Assembly: GCF_034424175.1 (NCBI RefSeq)
Contig: NZ_CP139986.1
Coordinates: 1,788,799 to 1,828,798, forward strand
Length of the DNA stretch: 40,000 bases
Direction of reading: 5' to 3'
From: Kluyvera intermedia
GTDB taxonomy: Bacteria; Pseudomonadota; Gammaproteobacteria; Enterobacterales; Enterobacteriaceae
Positions within the stretch are counted from its first letter, which is position 1. Every line of letters begins with the position of its first letter. The position numbers and the translations under genes are program-made. Below the pieces are notes generated by a model. The model saw only the letters and a program-made list of their open reading frames with translations, was not told where the DNA came from and did no database searches. Shown here piece after piece: positions 9,580 through 20,090 of the stretch.

Positions 9580-10989
9580 ATGCATACCTTAACCCGACGT
9601 TATTTCCTGACGGCAGGCGCAACGCTTGCCGCTGCACTGCCCGTTCTTCCTGTCGCTGCCGCACGCGCAGCGGCAGGAAAGAGCACGACGGCCGATATTC
9701 GCGATTTTGTGGATAACGGTGATTGGATCCGCGCATTTAATGAGGCGTTTCGCCAGGCTGATAGCGTGACCGTGCCCGCAGAGGTCATCTGCGATAATAT
9801 CAACACGGCAATTACCCTGCCGCCGGGAAAAACGCTGCACGTGGCTGGTAGCCTGAAAGGCAATGGCCGGGGACGCTTTATTTTACAAAAAGGGTGCCAG
9901 ATTATTGGCAGCGGCGCGGCAAGCTTATACAACATCACCCTTGATGTGCGCGGGGGGGATTGCACTATCGCCGGCCTGACGATGAGCGGTTACGGCCCGG
10001 TGACGCAGATTTTTATCGGCGGCAAAGACAAACGTCAGATGCGTAACCTCACGATTACTCGCCTGACTATCACCAAAGCCAATTACGGCATTCTCCGCCA
10101 GGGGTTCCACAACCAGTGGGTTGACGTCAATATTACCCATTGCCACTTCAGCTACCTGCAGGGCGACGCTATCGAGTGGAACGTGGCGATTAATGACCGC
10201 AACATCCTGATCTCCGATCATGTTATTGACCATATCGACTGTACCAACGGTAAGGTGAATTGGGGTATCGGCATTGGACTTGCGGGCAGCACATACGATA
10301 ATGGCTATCCGGAAGAGCAGGCGGTCAAAAACTTTGTCGTCGCCAATATCACCGGGAGTAACTGTCGCCAGCTGGTACATGTGGAGAATGGAAAGCATTT
10401 TATCATCCGCAATGTCAAGGCCAGCAATATTACGCCGGACTTCAGTAAGAAGGCGGGAATAGATAACGCAACGGTAGCAATATATGGGTGTGATAATTTT
10501 GTTATTGATGGTGTCGATATGGTTAATAGCGCGGGAATGCTTATTGGCTACGGTGTTATCAAAGGGAACTATTTGTCGATCCCGCAGAATTTCCGATTAA
10601 ATAATATACAGCTTGATAATAGCAAGCTGGCCTATAAGGTCCGGGGTATCCAGATTTCATCAGGCAATAATCCTTCATTCGTTTCTATCACCAACCTCAC
10701 TATGAAGCACGCATCACTGGAGATTCATAATAAACCTCAGCACTTTTTCTTACGTAATATCAATGTAATGCAAGAGTCAGCGCGCGGGCCAGCGCTACAA
10801 ATCAACTTTGACATGCGTAAAGACGTTCGTGGAAAGTTCATGGCGCGTGATGACACGCTGCTGTCGCTGGCGAACGTCACCGCAGTGAACGAGAAAGGGC
10901 AGTCATCGGTGGATATTGACCATATCGATCAACAGGTTGTCAACACTGAGCGTCTAAACTTTGCGCTGCCGCAGCGTGGAGTACGATAA
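9580..10989 (+). CDS. wcaM: Colanic acid cluster protein WcaM (function unassigned; Tat-signal, beta-helix-like)
   Basis: ATG 9580 sits 4 nt after AAGGAGG; the ORF-track start at 9577 is TTG. 469 aa. N-terminus [30 protein letters not shown] has a twin-arginine motif, a hydrophobic core and AxA. The body is collinear with E. coli WcaM (...[27 protein letters not shown]...). Confidence 0.9.
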   Translation: MHTLTRRYFLTAGATLAAALPVLPVAAARAAAGKSTTADIRDFVDNGDWIRAFNEAFRQADSVTVPAEVICDNINTAITLPPGKTLHVAGSLKGNGRGRFILQKGCQIIGSGAASLYNITLDVRGGDCTIAGLTMSGYGPVTQIFIGGKDKRQMRNLTITRLTITKANYGILRQGFHNQWVDVNITHCHFSYLQGDAIEWNVAINDRNILISDHVIDHIDCTNGKVNWGIGIGLAGSTYDNGYPEEQAVKNFVVANITGSNCRQLVHVENGKHFIIRNVKASNITPDFSKKAGIDNATVAIYGCDNFVIDGVDMVNSAGMLIGYGVIKGNYLSIPQNFRLNNIQLDNSKLAYKVRGIQISSGNNPSFVSITNLTMKHASLEIHNKPQHFFLRNINVMQESARGPALQINFDMRKDVRGKFMARDDTLLSLANVTAVNEKGQSSVDIDHIDQQVVNTERLNFALPQRGVR

Positions 10990-11078
10990 TTTACGTCATT
11001 CTCAGACAACACCCCGAGATCTAGCCTACCCGAATCAGTAATATGACAAAACAAAGTGGATTAAACACGGTTAATCGC

Positions 11079-11084
11079 TATAAT
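11079..11084 (+). promoter_or_regulatory. Candidate -10 hexamer for galF
   Basis: Perfect TATAAT 30 nt upstream of the galF ATG. No good -35 at 16-18 bp spacing (best is GTGGAT). Pattern match only. Confidence 0.3.
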
Positions 11085-11113
11085 TCAGCAACCGAATATA
11101 GGTGGACAAGATA

Positions 11114-12007
11114 ATGGTTAATTTGAAAGCAGTCATTCCGGTAGCGGGTTTGGGTATGAATATGTTACCCGCCACAAAGGCAATCCCTAAAGAGATGCTG
11201 CCGATCGTCGATAAGCCAATGATTCAATACATCGTTGACGAAGTGGTTGCTGCTGGTATCAAAGAAATCGTTCTGGTGACCCACGCATCAAAAAACTCTG
11301 TGGAAAACCACTTCGACACCTCGTATGAACTTGAAGCGCTGCTCGAAATGCGCGTGAAACGTCAGCTTCTGGCGGAAGTTCAGGCTATCTGTCCACCGGG
11401 TGTTACCATCATGAACGTCCGTCAGGCCCAACCGCTGGGTCTGGGACACTCAATCCTTTGCGCGCAGCCCATTGTTGGCAACAACCCGTTTGTGGTTGTC
11501 CTGCCAGACATCGTTCTGGATAACGCGTCTGCAGATCCGCTTCGTTACAACCTTGCTGCCATGGTCGCGCGTTTCAATGAGACCGGCCGTAGCCAGGTGT
11601 TGGCTAAACGTATGCCGGGTGACCTGTCTGAATACTCTGTGATCAAAACCAAAGATCCTTTGGATGCCGAAGGTAAAGTCAGCCGTATTGTTGATTTTAT
11701 CGAAAAACCGGATCAGCCACAGGAACTGGACTCCGATTTGATGGCGGTAGGGCGTTATGTGCTTGCGGCTGATATCTGGGAAGAGCTTGCGAAAACCGTG
11801 CCTGGCGCATGGGGCCGTATTCAACTGACCGATGCGATTGCGGAACTGGCTAAAAAACAGTCGGTTGATGCGATGCTGATGACGGGCGAGAGCTACGACT
11901 GCGGGAAGAAGATGGGGTATATGCAGGCGTTTGTGCAGTATGGGTTACGGAATTTGAAGGATGGGGCTAAGTTCCGGAAAGGGATTGAGCAGATGCTGAC
12001 AGACTAA
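11114..12007 (+). CDS. galF: UTP-glucose-1-phosphate uridylyltransferase-like regulatory subunit GalF
   Basis: ATG 11114 ([43 protein letters not shown]...) gives 297 aa like E. coli GalF. The ORF-track start at 11102 is GTG. Classical position between the cps and O-antigen clusters. Confidence 0.95.
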   Translation: MVNLKAVIPVAGLGMNMLPATKAIPKEMLPIVDKPMIQYIVDEVVAAGIKEIVLVTHASKNSVENHFDTSYELEALLEMRVKRQLLAEVQAICPPGVTIMNVRQAQPLGLGHSILCAQPIVGNNPFVVVLPDIVLDNASADPLRYNLAAMVARFNETGRSQVLAKRMPGDLSEYSVIKTKDPLDAEGKVSRIVDFIEKPDQPQELDSDLMAVGRYVLAADIWEELAKTVPGAWGRIQLTDAIAELAKKQSVDAMLMTGESYDCGKKMGYMQAFVQYGLRNLKDGAKFRKGIEQMLTD

Positions 12008-12042
12008 GAATATCGGCACAATTTTATAGTACTCAGATGAGC

Positions 12043-12107
12043 AAAAAACGACAGATGAAATAATGGTACTGAACACTCAGTAGATACTTATTTCCCTGTC
12101 GTTTTTT
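12043..12107 (+). terminator. Long imperfect hairpin ending in a T6 run, possible galF terminator
   Basis: AAAAAACGACAG (12043-12054) pairs with CTGTCGTTTTTT (12096-12107). An inner stem GAAATAA (12057-12063) pairs with TTATTTC (12088-12094). The 24-nt apical loop makes this atypical for an intrinsic terminator. Confidence 0.4.
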
Positions 12108-12277
12108 CATTTAAAATCAATAACTAAAATTGATGGTTTTGGCATGGAAATTTTCGCATGATGCTAGTTTTTTTCCTTGTTTTGCCGTGCAATTGAGACC
12201 ACAATACTGGATTATTTTTGGCATTATGAGCGGTATAAATAGCCGTTCAGTAAGTTTGAGATGCATGACTTTTTATG

Positions 12278-12316
12278 CAGTGCACTGGTAGCTGTTGAGC
12301 CAGGGGCGGTAGCATG
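12278..12316 (+). promoter_or_regulatory. JUMPstart element (39 bp) of the O-antigen operon leader
   Basis: CAGTGCACTGGTAGCTGTTGAGCCAGGGGCGGTAGCATG matches the remembered JUMPstart consensus (CAGTGCTCTGGTAGCTGT.AAGCCAGGGGCGGTAGCGTG) at nearly every position. It ends 85 nt upstream of the rmlB start on the same strand. Confidence 0.9.
12305..12316 (+). promoter_or_regulatory. ops (operon polarity suppressor) site, RfaH recruitment signal
   Basis: GGCGGTAGCATG fits the ops consensus GGCGGTAGnnTG, at the 3' end of JUMPstart. Confidence 0.85.
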
Positions 12317-12401
12317 CGTCAAATTAATGTCAGTGAAATTGATAGTCATTTTCCAAAACCAATAATCTCTAATTTGAATGAGTTCTAAAGCGGAAAAAAA
12401 C

Positions 12402-13487
12402 GTGAAAATTCTGGTCACTGGTGGTGCAGGTTTTATCGGGTCTGCAGTCGTAAGACATATTATCATTAATACTTCTGACGTTGTGGTTAATGTTGATAAA
12501 TTAACCTATGCAGGTAACCTCGAATCTCTGGCCGAGGTTGACAATAGCGAACGCTATAGCTTTGAGCATGCAGATATTTGCAATGCTGACCAAATGGCGA
12601 AAATTTTTGCTGAGCATCAGCCGGATGCTGTTATGCATCTTGCCGCAGAAAGTCACGTAGACCGCTCCATTACTGGGCCTGCCGCCTTTATTGAAACAAA
12701 TATTGTTGGCACCTATGTGCTGCTTGAGGCTGCTCGCAGCTATTGGGGCGGTCTGAATGATGAGAAAAAAGCAGCGTTCCGTTTCCATCATATTTCAACG
12801 GATGAAGTCTACGGCGACCTGCCGCATCCGGATGAAGTAGTAACGGGTACCACGTTGCCGCTGTTTACCGAAAACACAGCCTACGCACCGAGCAGCCCAT
12901 ATTCTGCCTCTAAGGCTTCCAGTGATCACCTCGTCTGCTCATGGCTTCGGACCTATGGTTTCCCGACCATTGTTACCAACTGCTCAAACAACTATGGCCC
13001 GTACCACTTCCCGGAAAAACTAATCCCGCTGGTGATTCTGAATGCGCTTGAAGGCAAGGCATTGCCAATCTACGGCAAGGGTGACCAAATCCGCGATTGG
13101 CTATATGTCGAAGATCATGCCCGTGCGTTGTACACCGTGGTAACCCAGGGTGAAATTGGCGAAACCTATAATATCGGGGGCCACAACGAAAAACAGAACC
13201 TGGATGTGGTTCACACTATCTGCGACCTGCTCGATGAGATTGTACCGAAAGAGGGATCGTATCGTGACCAGATCACCTATGTAACTGACCGTCCGGGACA
13301 CGATCGTCGCTATGCAATTGATGCCGGGAAAATCAGTGATGAGCTTGGCTGGAAGCCGCTTGAAACTTTTGAAAGCGGGATTCGTAAAACAGTTCAATGG
13401 TACTTGAGCAATACCCAATGGGTTGAGAATGTAAAAAGTGGAGCTTACAAGACCTGGATAGAACAGAATTATGGAGAACGCCAGTAA
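12402..13487 (+). CDS. rmlB: dTDP-glucose 4,6-dehydratase
   Basis: GTG 12402 gives (M)[20 protein letters not shown]... and 361 aa, like E. coli/Salmonella RmlB. The ORF-track ATG at 12378 adds 8 unsupported residues. Catalytic YSASK motif present. Confidence 0.93.
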   Translation: MKILVTGGAGFIGSAVVRHIIINTSDVVVNVDKLTYAGNLESLAEVDNSERYSFEHADICNADQMAKIFAEHQPDAVMHLAAESHVDRSITGPAAFIETNIVGTYVLLEAARSYWGGLNDEKKAAFRFHHISTDEVYGDLPHPDEVVTGTTLPLFTENTAYAPSSPYSASKASSDHLVCSWLRTYGFPTIVTNCSNNYGPYHFPEKLIPLVILNALEGKALPIYGKGDQIRDWLYVEDHARALYTVVTQGEIGETYNIGGHNEKQNLDVVHTICDLLDEIVPKEGSYRDQITYVTDRPGHDRRYAIDAGKISDELGWKPLETFESGIRKTVQWYLSNTQWVENVKSGAYKTWIEQNYGERQ

Positions 13488-14386
13488 TGAATATTTTACT
13501 GTTTGGGAAAAATGGACAAGTCGGCTGGGAGCTTCAACGGGCACTCGCCCCTCTGGGAAATATAATTGCTCTTGATGTGCATTCAAGCGATTACTGCGGA
13601 GATTTTAGCGATCCTGAAGGTGTGGCCGAAACCGTACGAAAAATACGTCCAGACGTGATAGTGAATGCCGCTGCGCATACTGCTGTAGATAAAGCTGAAG
13701 CAGAAGCAGAGTTTGCCTTATTACTTAATGCGAAAAGCGTAGAGGCAATTGCCAAAGCAGCGGCTGAAACGGGTGCTTGGGTGGTTCATTACTCAACTGA
13801 TTACGTTTTCCCAGGCACTGGTGAGACACCGTGGTCTGAAGATGATGCTACAGCGCCGTTGAATGTTTACGGAGAAACAAAACTGGCTGGTGAAAGAGCA
13901 CTAAAAGAGCATTGCCCAAAACACCTTATCTTTCGTACCAGCTGGGTTTATGCCGGTAAAGGTAATAACTTTGCAAAAACCATGCTACGTCTGGCTAAAG
14001 AGAGGACGGAACTTTCTGTCATTAACGATCAGTATGGCGCACCGACTGGTGCGGAGTTGCTGGCAGATTGTACCGCTCACGCTATTCGAATTGCGTTGAA
14101 AAATCATGAGGTTGCTGGTCTCTATCATCTTGTTGCGGATGGTGTGACTACATGGTACGACTATGCCGCACTGGTCTTTGCTGAAGCTAGGAAAGCAGGC
14201 GTCGAACTAGCAATCAATCGGTTAAATGAAGTCCCGAGTAGCGCTTACCCAACACCAGCTCGTCGTCCCAATAATTCTCGTCTTAACACTGAAAAATTCC
14301 AGAGTAGCTTCCAGCTTGTTCTTCCTCATTGGGAAAGTGGCGTTAAACGTATGCTGAACGAATTATTTTCTGGAACAGCAATCTGA
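13487..14386 (+). CDS. rmlD: dTDP-4-dehydrorhamnose reductase
   Basis: 299 aa, [24 protein letters not shown].... TAATG overlap with the rmlB stop. Canonical rmlB-D-A-C order. Confidence 0.95.
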   Translation: MNILLFGKNGQVGWELQRALAPLGNIIALDVHSSDYCGDFSDPEGVAETVRKIRPDVIVNAAAHTAVDKAEAEAEFALLLNAKSVEAIAKAAAETGAWVVHYSTDYVFPGTGETPWSEDDATAPLNVYGETKLAGERALKEHCPKHLIFRTSWVYAGKGNNFAKTMLRLAKERTELSVINDQYGAPTGAELLADCTAHAIRIALKNHEVAGLYHLVADGVTTWYDYAALVFAEARKAGVELAINRLNEVPSSAYPTPARRPNNSRLNTEKFQSSFQLVLPHWESGVKRMLNELFSGTAI

Positions 14387-14439
14387 ACATAATGTGAGTA
14401 CCCGCAATCGGGTATTATTACGTATAAAGAGATAATAAA

Positions 14440-15318
14440 ATGAAAACCCGTAAAGGCATTATTTTAGCTGGCGGATCTGGCACACGTTTATATCCGGTAA
14501 CTATGGCGGTCAGCAAGCAGCTGTTACCCATTTATGACAAGCCAATGATCTATTATCCGCTTTCAACCCTGATGCTGGCTGGGATCCGTGATATTCTGAT
14601 CATTAGCACGCCACAGGACACACCGCGTTTCGAACAATTATTAGGCGACGGCAGTCAGTGGGGACTCAATCTTCACTATAAAATACAACCTACTCCGGAC
14701 GGCTTGGCTCAGGCATTTATCATTGGCGAGAAGTTTATCGGAAATGATGACTGCGCATTAGTGCTAGGCGATAATATCTTTTATGGTCATGATCTGCCTA
14801 AATTAATGGATTCAGCTGTTAATCAAGAAAATGGCGCAACCGTATTTGCATATCATGTTAAGGACCCGGAACGCTACGGAGTTGTTGAATTCAATAAGAA
14901 TGGAACAGCTATCAGTCTTGAAGAAAAACCTCTGGAGCCTAAAAGTAATTATGCGGTTACCGGTTTATATTTCTATGACAATGATGTAGTTGAGCTGGCC
15001 AAAAATTTAAAGCCTTCCGCTCGTGGTGAGCTGGAAATTACTGATATCAATCGAATCTATATGGAGCAGGGACGTTTGTCCGTTGCGATGATGGGGCGTG
15101 GCTATGCATGGCTAGACACAGGTACACACCAAAGTCTGATTGAAGCCAGTAACTTTATTGCCACGATTGAAGAGCGGCAAGGACTGAAAGTCTCCTGTCC
15201 GGAAGAGATTGCTTATCGTAAGGGGTTCATTGATGCTGGGCAGGTTACAAAGCTTGCAGAACCCTTGTCAAAGAATGATTACGGTAAATACCTTATAAGA
15301 ATGATTAAAGGTTTTTAA
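14440..15318 (+). CDS. rmlA: Glucose-1-phosphate thymidylyltransferase
   Basis: 292 aa, [57 protein letters not shown].... Confidence 0.96.
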   Translation: MKTRKGIILAGGSGTRLYPVTMAVSKQLLPIYDKPMIYYPLSTLMLAGIRDILIISTPQDTPRFEQLLGDGSQWGLNLHYKIQPTPDGLAQAFIIGEKFIGNDDCALVLGDNIFYGHDLPKLMDSAVNQENGATVFAYHVKDPERYGVVEFNKNGTAISLEEKPLEPKSNYAVTGLYFYDNDVVELAKNLKPSARGELEITDINRIYMEQGRLSVAMMGRGYAWLDTGTHQSLIEASNFIATIEERQGLKVSCPEEIAYRKGFIDAGQVTKLAEPLSKNDYGKYLIRMIKGF

Positions 15319-15320
15319 AA

Positions 15321-15869
15321 ATGAATGTGATTAAAACAGCAATTCCAGACGTTTTAATTTTTGAACCGAAAGTATTTGGCGATGACAGGGGATTCTTTTT
15401 CGAAAGTTTTAATTATAGAATTTTTGAAGAAGCAGTTGGGCGCAACATATCTTTTGTGCAAGATAACCATTCTAAATCTCGCAAAGGGGTATTGAGGGGT
15501 TTGCATTTTCAAAAAGGAGAGTATGCGCAAGGTAAATTGGTGCGCTGCACTCTGGGTGAAGTTTTTGATGTCGCAGTTGATATTCGCACAAGTTCTCCGA
15601 CGTTTGGAAAGTGGATCGGCGTACATCTTTCAGCAGAAAATAAAAAACAACTATGGATTCCTGAAGGTTTTGCGCATGGTTTCGTTACTCTGAGCGAAAA
15701 TGCTGAATTCCTTTATAAAGCAACTAATTATTATACGCCATCTGCTGAAGGCAGTATATTGTGGAGTGATGACGCAATTGGTATCGAATGGCCGATAACA
15801 CAGCATCCTGAACTTTCAGAAAAAGATGCGATTGCTCCATTGTTAAAACAAATTTCTTTATTTGAGTAA
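15321..15869 (+). CDS. rmlC: dTDP-4-dehydrorhamnose 3,5-epimerase
   Basis: 182 aa with cupin fold motifs (...FEPKVFGDDRGFFFESFN...GVLRGLHFQ...LVRC..GEVFDVAVDIR...). Confidence 0.95.
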   Translation: MNVIKTAIPDVLIFEPKVFGDDRGFFFESFNYRIFEEAVGRNISFVQDNHSKSRKGVLRGLHFQKGEYAQGKLVRCTLGEVFDVAVDIRTSSPTFGKWIGVHLSAENKKQLWIPEGFAHGFVTLSENAEFLYKATNYYTPSAEGSILWSDDAIGIEWPITQHPELSEKDAIAPLLKQISLFE

Positions 15870-15874
15870 AAAAA

Positions 15875-16849
15875 GTGTCGCATCTAATCAAAATTTTTCC
15901 ATCTAATATTGAATTCACTGGAGAAGAAAGTTCATCAATTCTCGATTCTGCGCTGGCTGTAGGTATACATCTGGAGCACAGCTGCAGAAACGGGGATTGT
16001 GGGGTTTGTGAGTCGACATTACTTGCAGGAGAAGCCGAAGATCCGCAGGGAACCGTGTATGTGCAAGGGGATAAAGTCCTGACCTGTACTTGTAAACCAA
16101 AGAGTAATCTACAGTTGCAGGCACTATACTATCCTGAATTGCAAGGACAGGTGAAGAAAATTGTCCCCTGTAAAGTAAATAGTATTGACCTTGTCTCTGC
16201 TGATGTAATGAAATTGACTCTTCGCTTGCCTCCTGCCGCAAAAATGAATTTTCTCCCAGGGCAATATATTAACCTAATGTATAAAGGCGTAACGCGTAGC
16301 TATTCTATTGCCAATAGCAATGGAGTTGATGGGATTGAGTTGCACATTAGAAATGTTCCCAATGGTCAAATGAGTTCATTAATTTTCAGTGAGCTGCAAG
16401 TCAATACTCTGATGCGTATCGAAGGCCCATGTGGAACATTCTTTATTAGAGAAAATGCCCGTCCAATTATCTTTATCGCAGGTGGTACTGGATTTGCTCC
16501 AGTTAAAGCCATGGTTGAGTACTTGGTGGAAAATTCATCAGCTCGTGAAATCTATATCTATTGGGGTATGCCTTTGCCCAAAGATTTTTATTCTGCATTA
16601 CCGCAAGAGTTAAATGATAAGTTTGAAAATGTTCATTTCGTTCCTGTGGTATCCTGTGATGATCCCACCTGGAATGGGCGTAAAGGCTTTGTTCACCATG
16701 CTGTAATGGAAGATTTTGATTCACTTGAGCTATTTGATATTTATGCCTGCGGTTCGCCGGTTATGATCGATGCAAGCAAAAAAGATTTTCTATCCAAACA
16801 AATGTCAGTTGATAATTTCTATTCTGATGCTTTTACCGCATCTAAATAA
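15875..16849 (+). CDS. ddhD: CDP-6-deoxy-delta-3,4-glucoseen reductase (E3)
   Basis: GTG start, 324 aa. N-terminal plant-type 2Fe-2S motif CRNGDCGVCES. FNR-like flavin motif RSYSIAN and NAD(P)H motif GGTGFAP. N-terminus (M)SHLIKIFPSNIEF resembles Salmonella RfbI as I recall it. Confidence 0.9.
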   Translation: MSHLIKIFPSNIEFTGEESSSILDSALAVGIHLEHSCRNGDCGVCESTLLAGEAEDPQGTVYVQGDKVLTCTCKPKSNLQLQALYYPELQGQVKKIVPCKVNSIDLVSADVMKLTLRLPPAAKMNFLPGQYINLMYKGVTRSYSIANSNGVDGIELHIRNVPNGQMSSLIFSELQVNTLMRIEGPCGTFFIRENARPIIFIAGGTGFAPVKAMVEYLVENSSAREIYIYWGMPLPKDFYSALPQELNDKFENVHFVPVVSCDDPTWNGRKGFVHHAVMEDFDSLELFDIYACGSPVMIDASKKDFLSKQMSVDNFYSDAFTASK

Positions 16850-16864
16850 AATAGAGGGTTAAGT

Positions 16865-17638
16865 ATGAAAGCGGTGATTTTGGCTGGTGGACTGGGTACC
16901 AGATTAAGTGAAGAAACAATAGTAAAACCAAAACCAATGGTTGAAATTGGTGGTAAGCCGATTCTTTGGCATATTATGAAAATGTATTCAGCCCACGGCA
17001 TTAAGGATTTTATTATCTGCTGTGGCTATAAAGGTTACGTAATCAAAGAATATTTTGCTAATTATTTTCTGCATATGTCTGATGTGACATTCCATATGGC
17101 TGAGAATCGTATGGAAGTTCACCATAAACGAGTTGAGCCATGGAACATTACATTGGTTGATACAGGTGATTCATCTATGACTGGCGGACGTTTAAAGCGT
17201 GTGGCCGAATATGTAAAAAATGATGAAGCTTTTCTGTTTACTTATGGTGATGGCGTTGCAGATATCGATATCCGAGCGACAATTGATTTTCATAAAGCTC
17301 ATGGCAAAAAAGCGACCTTGACGGCGACTTTCCCTCCGGGACGCTTTGGCGCGCTGGATATCCGAGGTGGCCAGGTTCAATCATTCCAGGAAAAACCAAA
17401 AGGTGATGGTGCAATGATTAACGGTGGTTTCTTTGTTCTGCATCCTTCAGTAATAGACCTCATTGAAAATGATGCGACCACCTGGGAACAAGAGCCATTG
17501 ATGACATTGGCGAAACAGGGTGAGCTTATGGCCTATGAACATGCGGGATTCTGGCAGCCAATGGATACGCTGCGTGATAAAACGTATCTTGAAGGTTTGT
17601 GGGAAAAAGGGACAGCCCCTTGGAAAACTTGGGAGTGA
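16865..17638 (+). CDS. ddhA: Glucose-1-phosphate cytidylyltransferase
   Basis: 257 aa, [45 protein letters not shown] upstream. Confidence 0.95.
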   Translation: MKAVILAGGLGTRLSEETIVKPKPMVEIGGKPILWHIMKMYSAHGIKDFIICCGYKGYVIKEYFANYFLHMSDVTFHMAENRMEVHHKRVEPWNITLVDTGDSSMTGGRLKRVAEYVKNDEAFLFTYGDGVADIDIRATIDFHKAHGKKATLTATFPPGRFGALDIRGGQVQSFQEKPKGDGAMINGGFFVLHPSVIDLIENDATTWEQEPLMTLAKQGELMAYEHAGFWQPMDTLRDKTYLEGLWEKGTAPWKTWE

Positions 17639-17640
17639 AC

Positions 17641-18723
17641 ATGATTGATAATAGCTTCTGGAAGGGTAAGCGTGTATTCATTACCGGTCATACGGGATTT
17701 AAAGGAGGCTGGCTTGCTCTTTGGCTAAGTGAAATGGGCGCAACGTTAAAGGGGTATTCCCTTGACGCCCCAACATCCCCAAGTTTATTTGACACTGCTA
17801 AAATCAGTTCGCTGATGGAGTCGGATATTGGCGATATTCGTGATTTTGAAAAATTACGGAACTCGATAGCGTCTTTTAAGCCAGAAATTATTTTCCATAT
17901 GGCAGCACAGCCTCTTGTAAGGCTGTCTTATAAAGAGCCTATTGAAACTTATTCAACGAATGTTATGGGCACTGTGCATTTACTCGAAGCAGTAAAGCAG
18001 GTTGGCGGTATTAAGGCTGTTGTCAATATCACCAGCGATAAATGCTATGAAAATCGTGAGTGGGTTTGGGGTTACCGTGAAAACGAAGCAATGGGCGGTT
18101 ATGACCCATACTCTAATAGCAAGGGATGTGCTGAATTAGTCGCTTCTGCATTTCGTAGTTCATTTTTTAATCCTCAAAACTATGCTAAGCATGGTGTTGG
18201 CCTTGCTTCGGTTAGAGCAGGAAACGTTGTTGGTGGTGGTGATTGGGCGGAAGATCGTCTAATTCCCGATATTTTACGTTCTTTTGAAAATAACCAGCAG
18301 GTTGTTATTCGTAATCCTCACTCCATTCGTCCATGGCAACATGTGCTTGAACCTCTCTCAGGGTATATTGTGGTTGCCCAAAAGCTCTACAATGACGGTG
18401 CTAAATACTCTGAAGGCTGGAATTTCGGTCCTCGTGAAGAGGATGCTAAAACGGTTGAGTTTATTGTTGATAAGATGGTTATGTTGTGGGGCGAGGGGGC
18501 TAGCTGGTTGTTGGATGGGCAGGATCATCCACATGAGGCACACTATCTCAAACTAGACTGTTCAAAAGCACATATGCAATTAGATTGGCACCCTAGATGG
18601 GCGCTAGTTGAAACACTTGGTCGTATTGTTAAATGGCACAAAGCATGGATAAACGGAGCGGATATGATGGATTATTCGAAACGTGAAATCCATGATTACA
18701 TGGCCACTAAAACTTTTAGTTAA
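17641..18723 (+). CDS. ddhB: CDP-glucose 4,6-dehydratase
   Basis: ATG 17641 follows GGGAG. 360 aa with Rossmann motif ITGHTGFKGGW and catalytic YSNSK. The ORF-track start at 17599 overlaps the ddhA 3' end and is unsupported. Confidence 0.93.
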   Translation: MIDNSFWKGKRVFITGHTGFKGGWLALWLSEMGATLKGYSLDAPTSPSLFDTAKISSLMESDIGDIRDFEKLRNSIASFKPEIIFHMAAQPLVRLSYKEPIETYSTNVMGTVHLLEAVKQVGGIKAVVNITSDKCYENREWVWGYRENEAMGGYDPYSNSKGCAELVASAFRSSFFNPQNYAKHGVGLASVRAGNVVGGGDWAEDRLIPDILRSFENNQQVVIRNPHSIRPWQHVLEPLSGYIVVAQKLYNDGAKYSEGWNFGPREEDAKTVEFIVDKMVMLWGEGASWLLDGQDHPHEAHYLKLDCSKAHMQLDWHPRWALVETLGRIVKWHKAWINGADMMDYSKREIHDYMATKTFS

Positions 18724-18749
18724 AATAGATAAATACAGGAATTATAGCA

Positions 18750-20063
18750 ATGGCAGCAAAAAACCTGCGTGAACAAATTTCCAAACTCGTTGCTGAGTAT
18801 GCTGATGAGGCATTAAGCCCAAAACCTTTTAATGCAGGTGTGAGTGTTGTACCACCTTCAGGAAAGGTAATCGGTGCTAAAGAATTACAGCTTATGGTTG
18901 AAGCATCATTAGATGGGTGGCTTACAACAGGCCGTTTTAATGATGCTTTTGAAAAGAAACTCGGTGAGTTTATTGGTGTACCTCATGTACTAACAACGAC
19001 TTCGGGTTCATCAGCAAACTTGTTAGCGTTAACTGCCTTGACCTCACCAAAATTAGGCGATCGTGCATTGAAGCCAGGTGATGAAGTTATTACCGTTGCA
19101 GCAGGCTTTCCTACGACTGTTAACCCAGCAATCCAGAATGGATTGATTCCAGTCTTTGTTGATGTGGATATCCCTACCTATAATGTTGACGCTTCACTTA
19201 TTGAAGCTGCCGTGAGTGAAAAATCAAAAGCGATCATGATTGCACACACATTAGGCAATACGTTTGATTTAACTGAAGTTCGTCGCATTGCGGATAAATA
19301 TAACCTTTGGTTAATCGAAGACTGCTGTGATGCCCTTGGATCAACGTATGATGGTCAGATGGTTGGCACATTTGGTGATATTGGCACAGTGAGTTTCTAT
19401 CCGGCACACCATATTACGATGGGAGAGGGCGGTGCTGTCTTCACAAAATCAGGTGAGTTAAAGAAATTGATTGAATCTTTCCGTGACTGGGGACGTGATT
19501 GTTACTGTGCGCCTGGCTGTGACAATACCTGTGGCAAACGTTTTGGTCAGCAACTTGGTTCTTTACCGTTCGGATACGATCACAAATACACATATTCTCA
19601 TTTGGGTTATAACCTGAAAATTACGGATATGCAGGCAGCATGTGGTCTGGCACAGCTAGAACGCGTGGAAGAATTTGTACAAAAGCGAAAAGAGAACTTT
19701 GTCTATCTTAAGCAAGGCTTACAATCTTGTGCTGAGTTTCTTGAGTTACCAGAAGCCACAGAAAAATCTGATCCATCCTGGTTTGGTTTCCCTATCACGC
19801 TTAAAGAGACTAGCGGCGTGGAACGTATTGATTTAGTGAAGTTCCTTGATGAAGCTAAAATCGGTACACGCCTGCTGTTCGCCGGTAATCTCACTCGCCA
19901 GCCATACTTCGCGAACGTTAAGTATCGCGTAGTGGGTGAGTTAAAAAATACGGACCGTATTATGAATCAAACGTTCTGGATTGGTATTTATCCAGGGCTT
20001 ACTACAGAACATTTGGATTATGTAGTAAGTAAATTTGAAGAATTCTTTGGTTTGAATTTCTAA
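18750..20063 (+). CDS. ddhC: CDP-6-deoxy-D-xylo-4-hexulose-3-dehydrase (E1), PMP-dependent
   Basis: 437 aa with DegT/DnrJ/EryC1 fold. His stands where aminotransferases carry the Schiff-base Lys ([14 protein letters not shown]). A Cys cluster [11 protein letters not shown] is present. Both are hallmarks of the E1 dehydrase. Confidence 0.92.
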   Translation: MAAKNLREQISKLVAEYADEALSPKPFNAGVSVVPPSGKVIGAKELQLMVEASLDGWLTTGRFNDAFEKKLGEFIGVPHVLTTTSGSSANLLALTALTSPKLGDRALKPGDEVITVAAGFPTTVNPAIQNGLIPVFVDVDIPTYNVDASLIEAAVSEKSKAIMIAHTLGNTFDLTEVRRIADKYNLWLIEDCCDALGSTYDGQMVGTFGDIGTVSFYPAHHITMGEGGAVFTKSGELKKLIESFRDWGRDCYCAPGCDNTCGKRFGQQLGSLPFGYDHKYTYSHLGYNLKITDMQAACGLAQLERVEEFVQKRKENFVYLKQGLQSCAEFLELPEATEKSDPSWFGFPITLKETSGVERIDLVKFLDEAKIGTRLLFAGNLTRQPYFANVKYRVVGELKNTDRIMNQTFWIGIYPGLTTEHLDYVVSKFEEFFGLNF

Positions 20064-20090
20064 GTAAATTTATTAAGTTTGGTGATTGTG

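Noticed and set aside
12224-12466. 80-aa minus-strand ORF spanning the JUMPstart region and the rmlB start
   Set aside because: It overlaps a conserved regulatory element and the rmlB 5' end in antisense, with no SD and no motifs.
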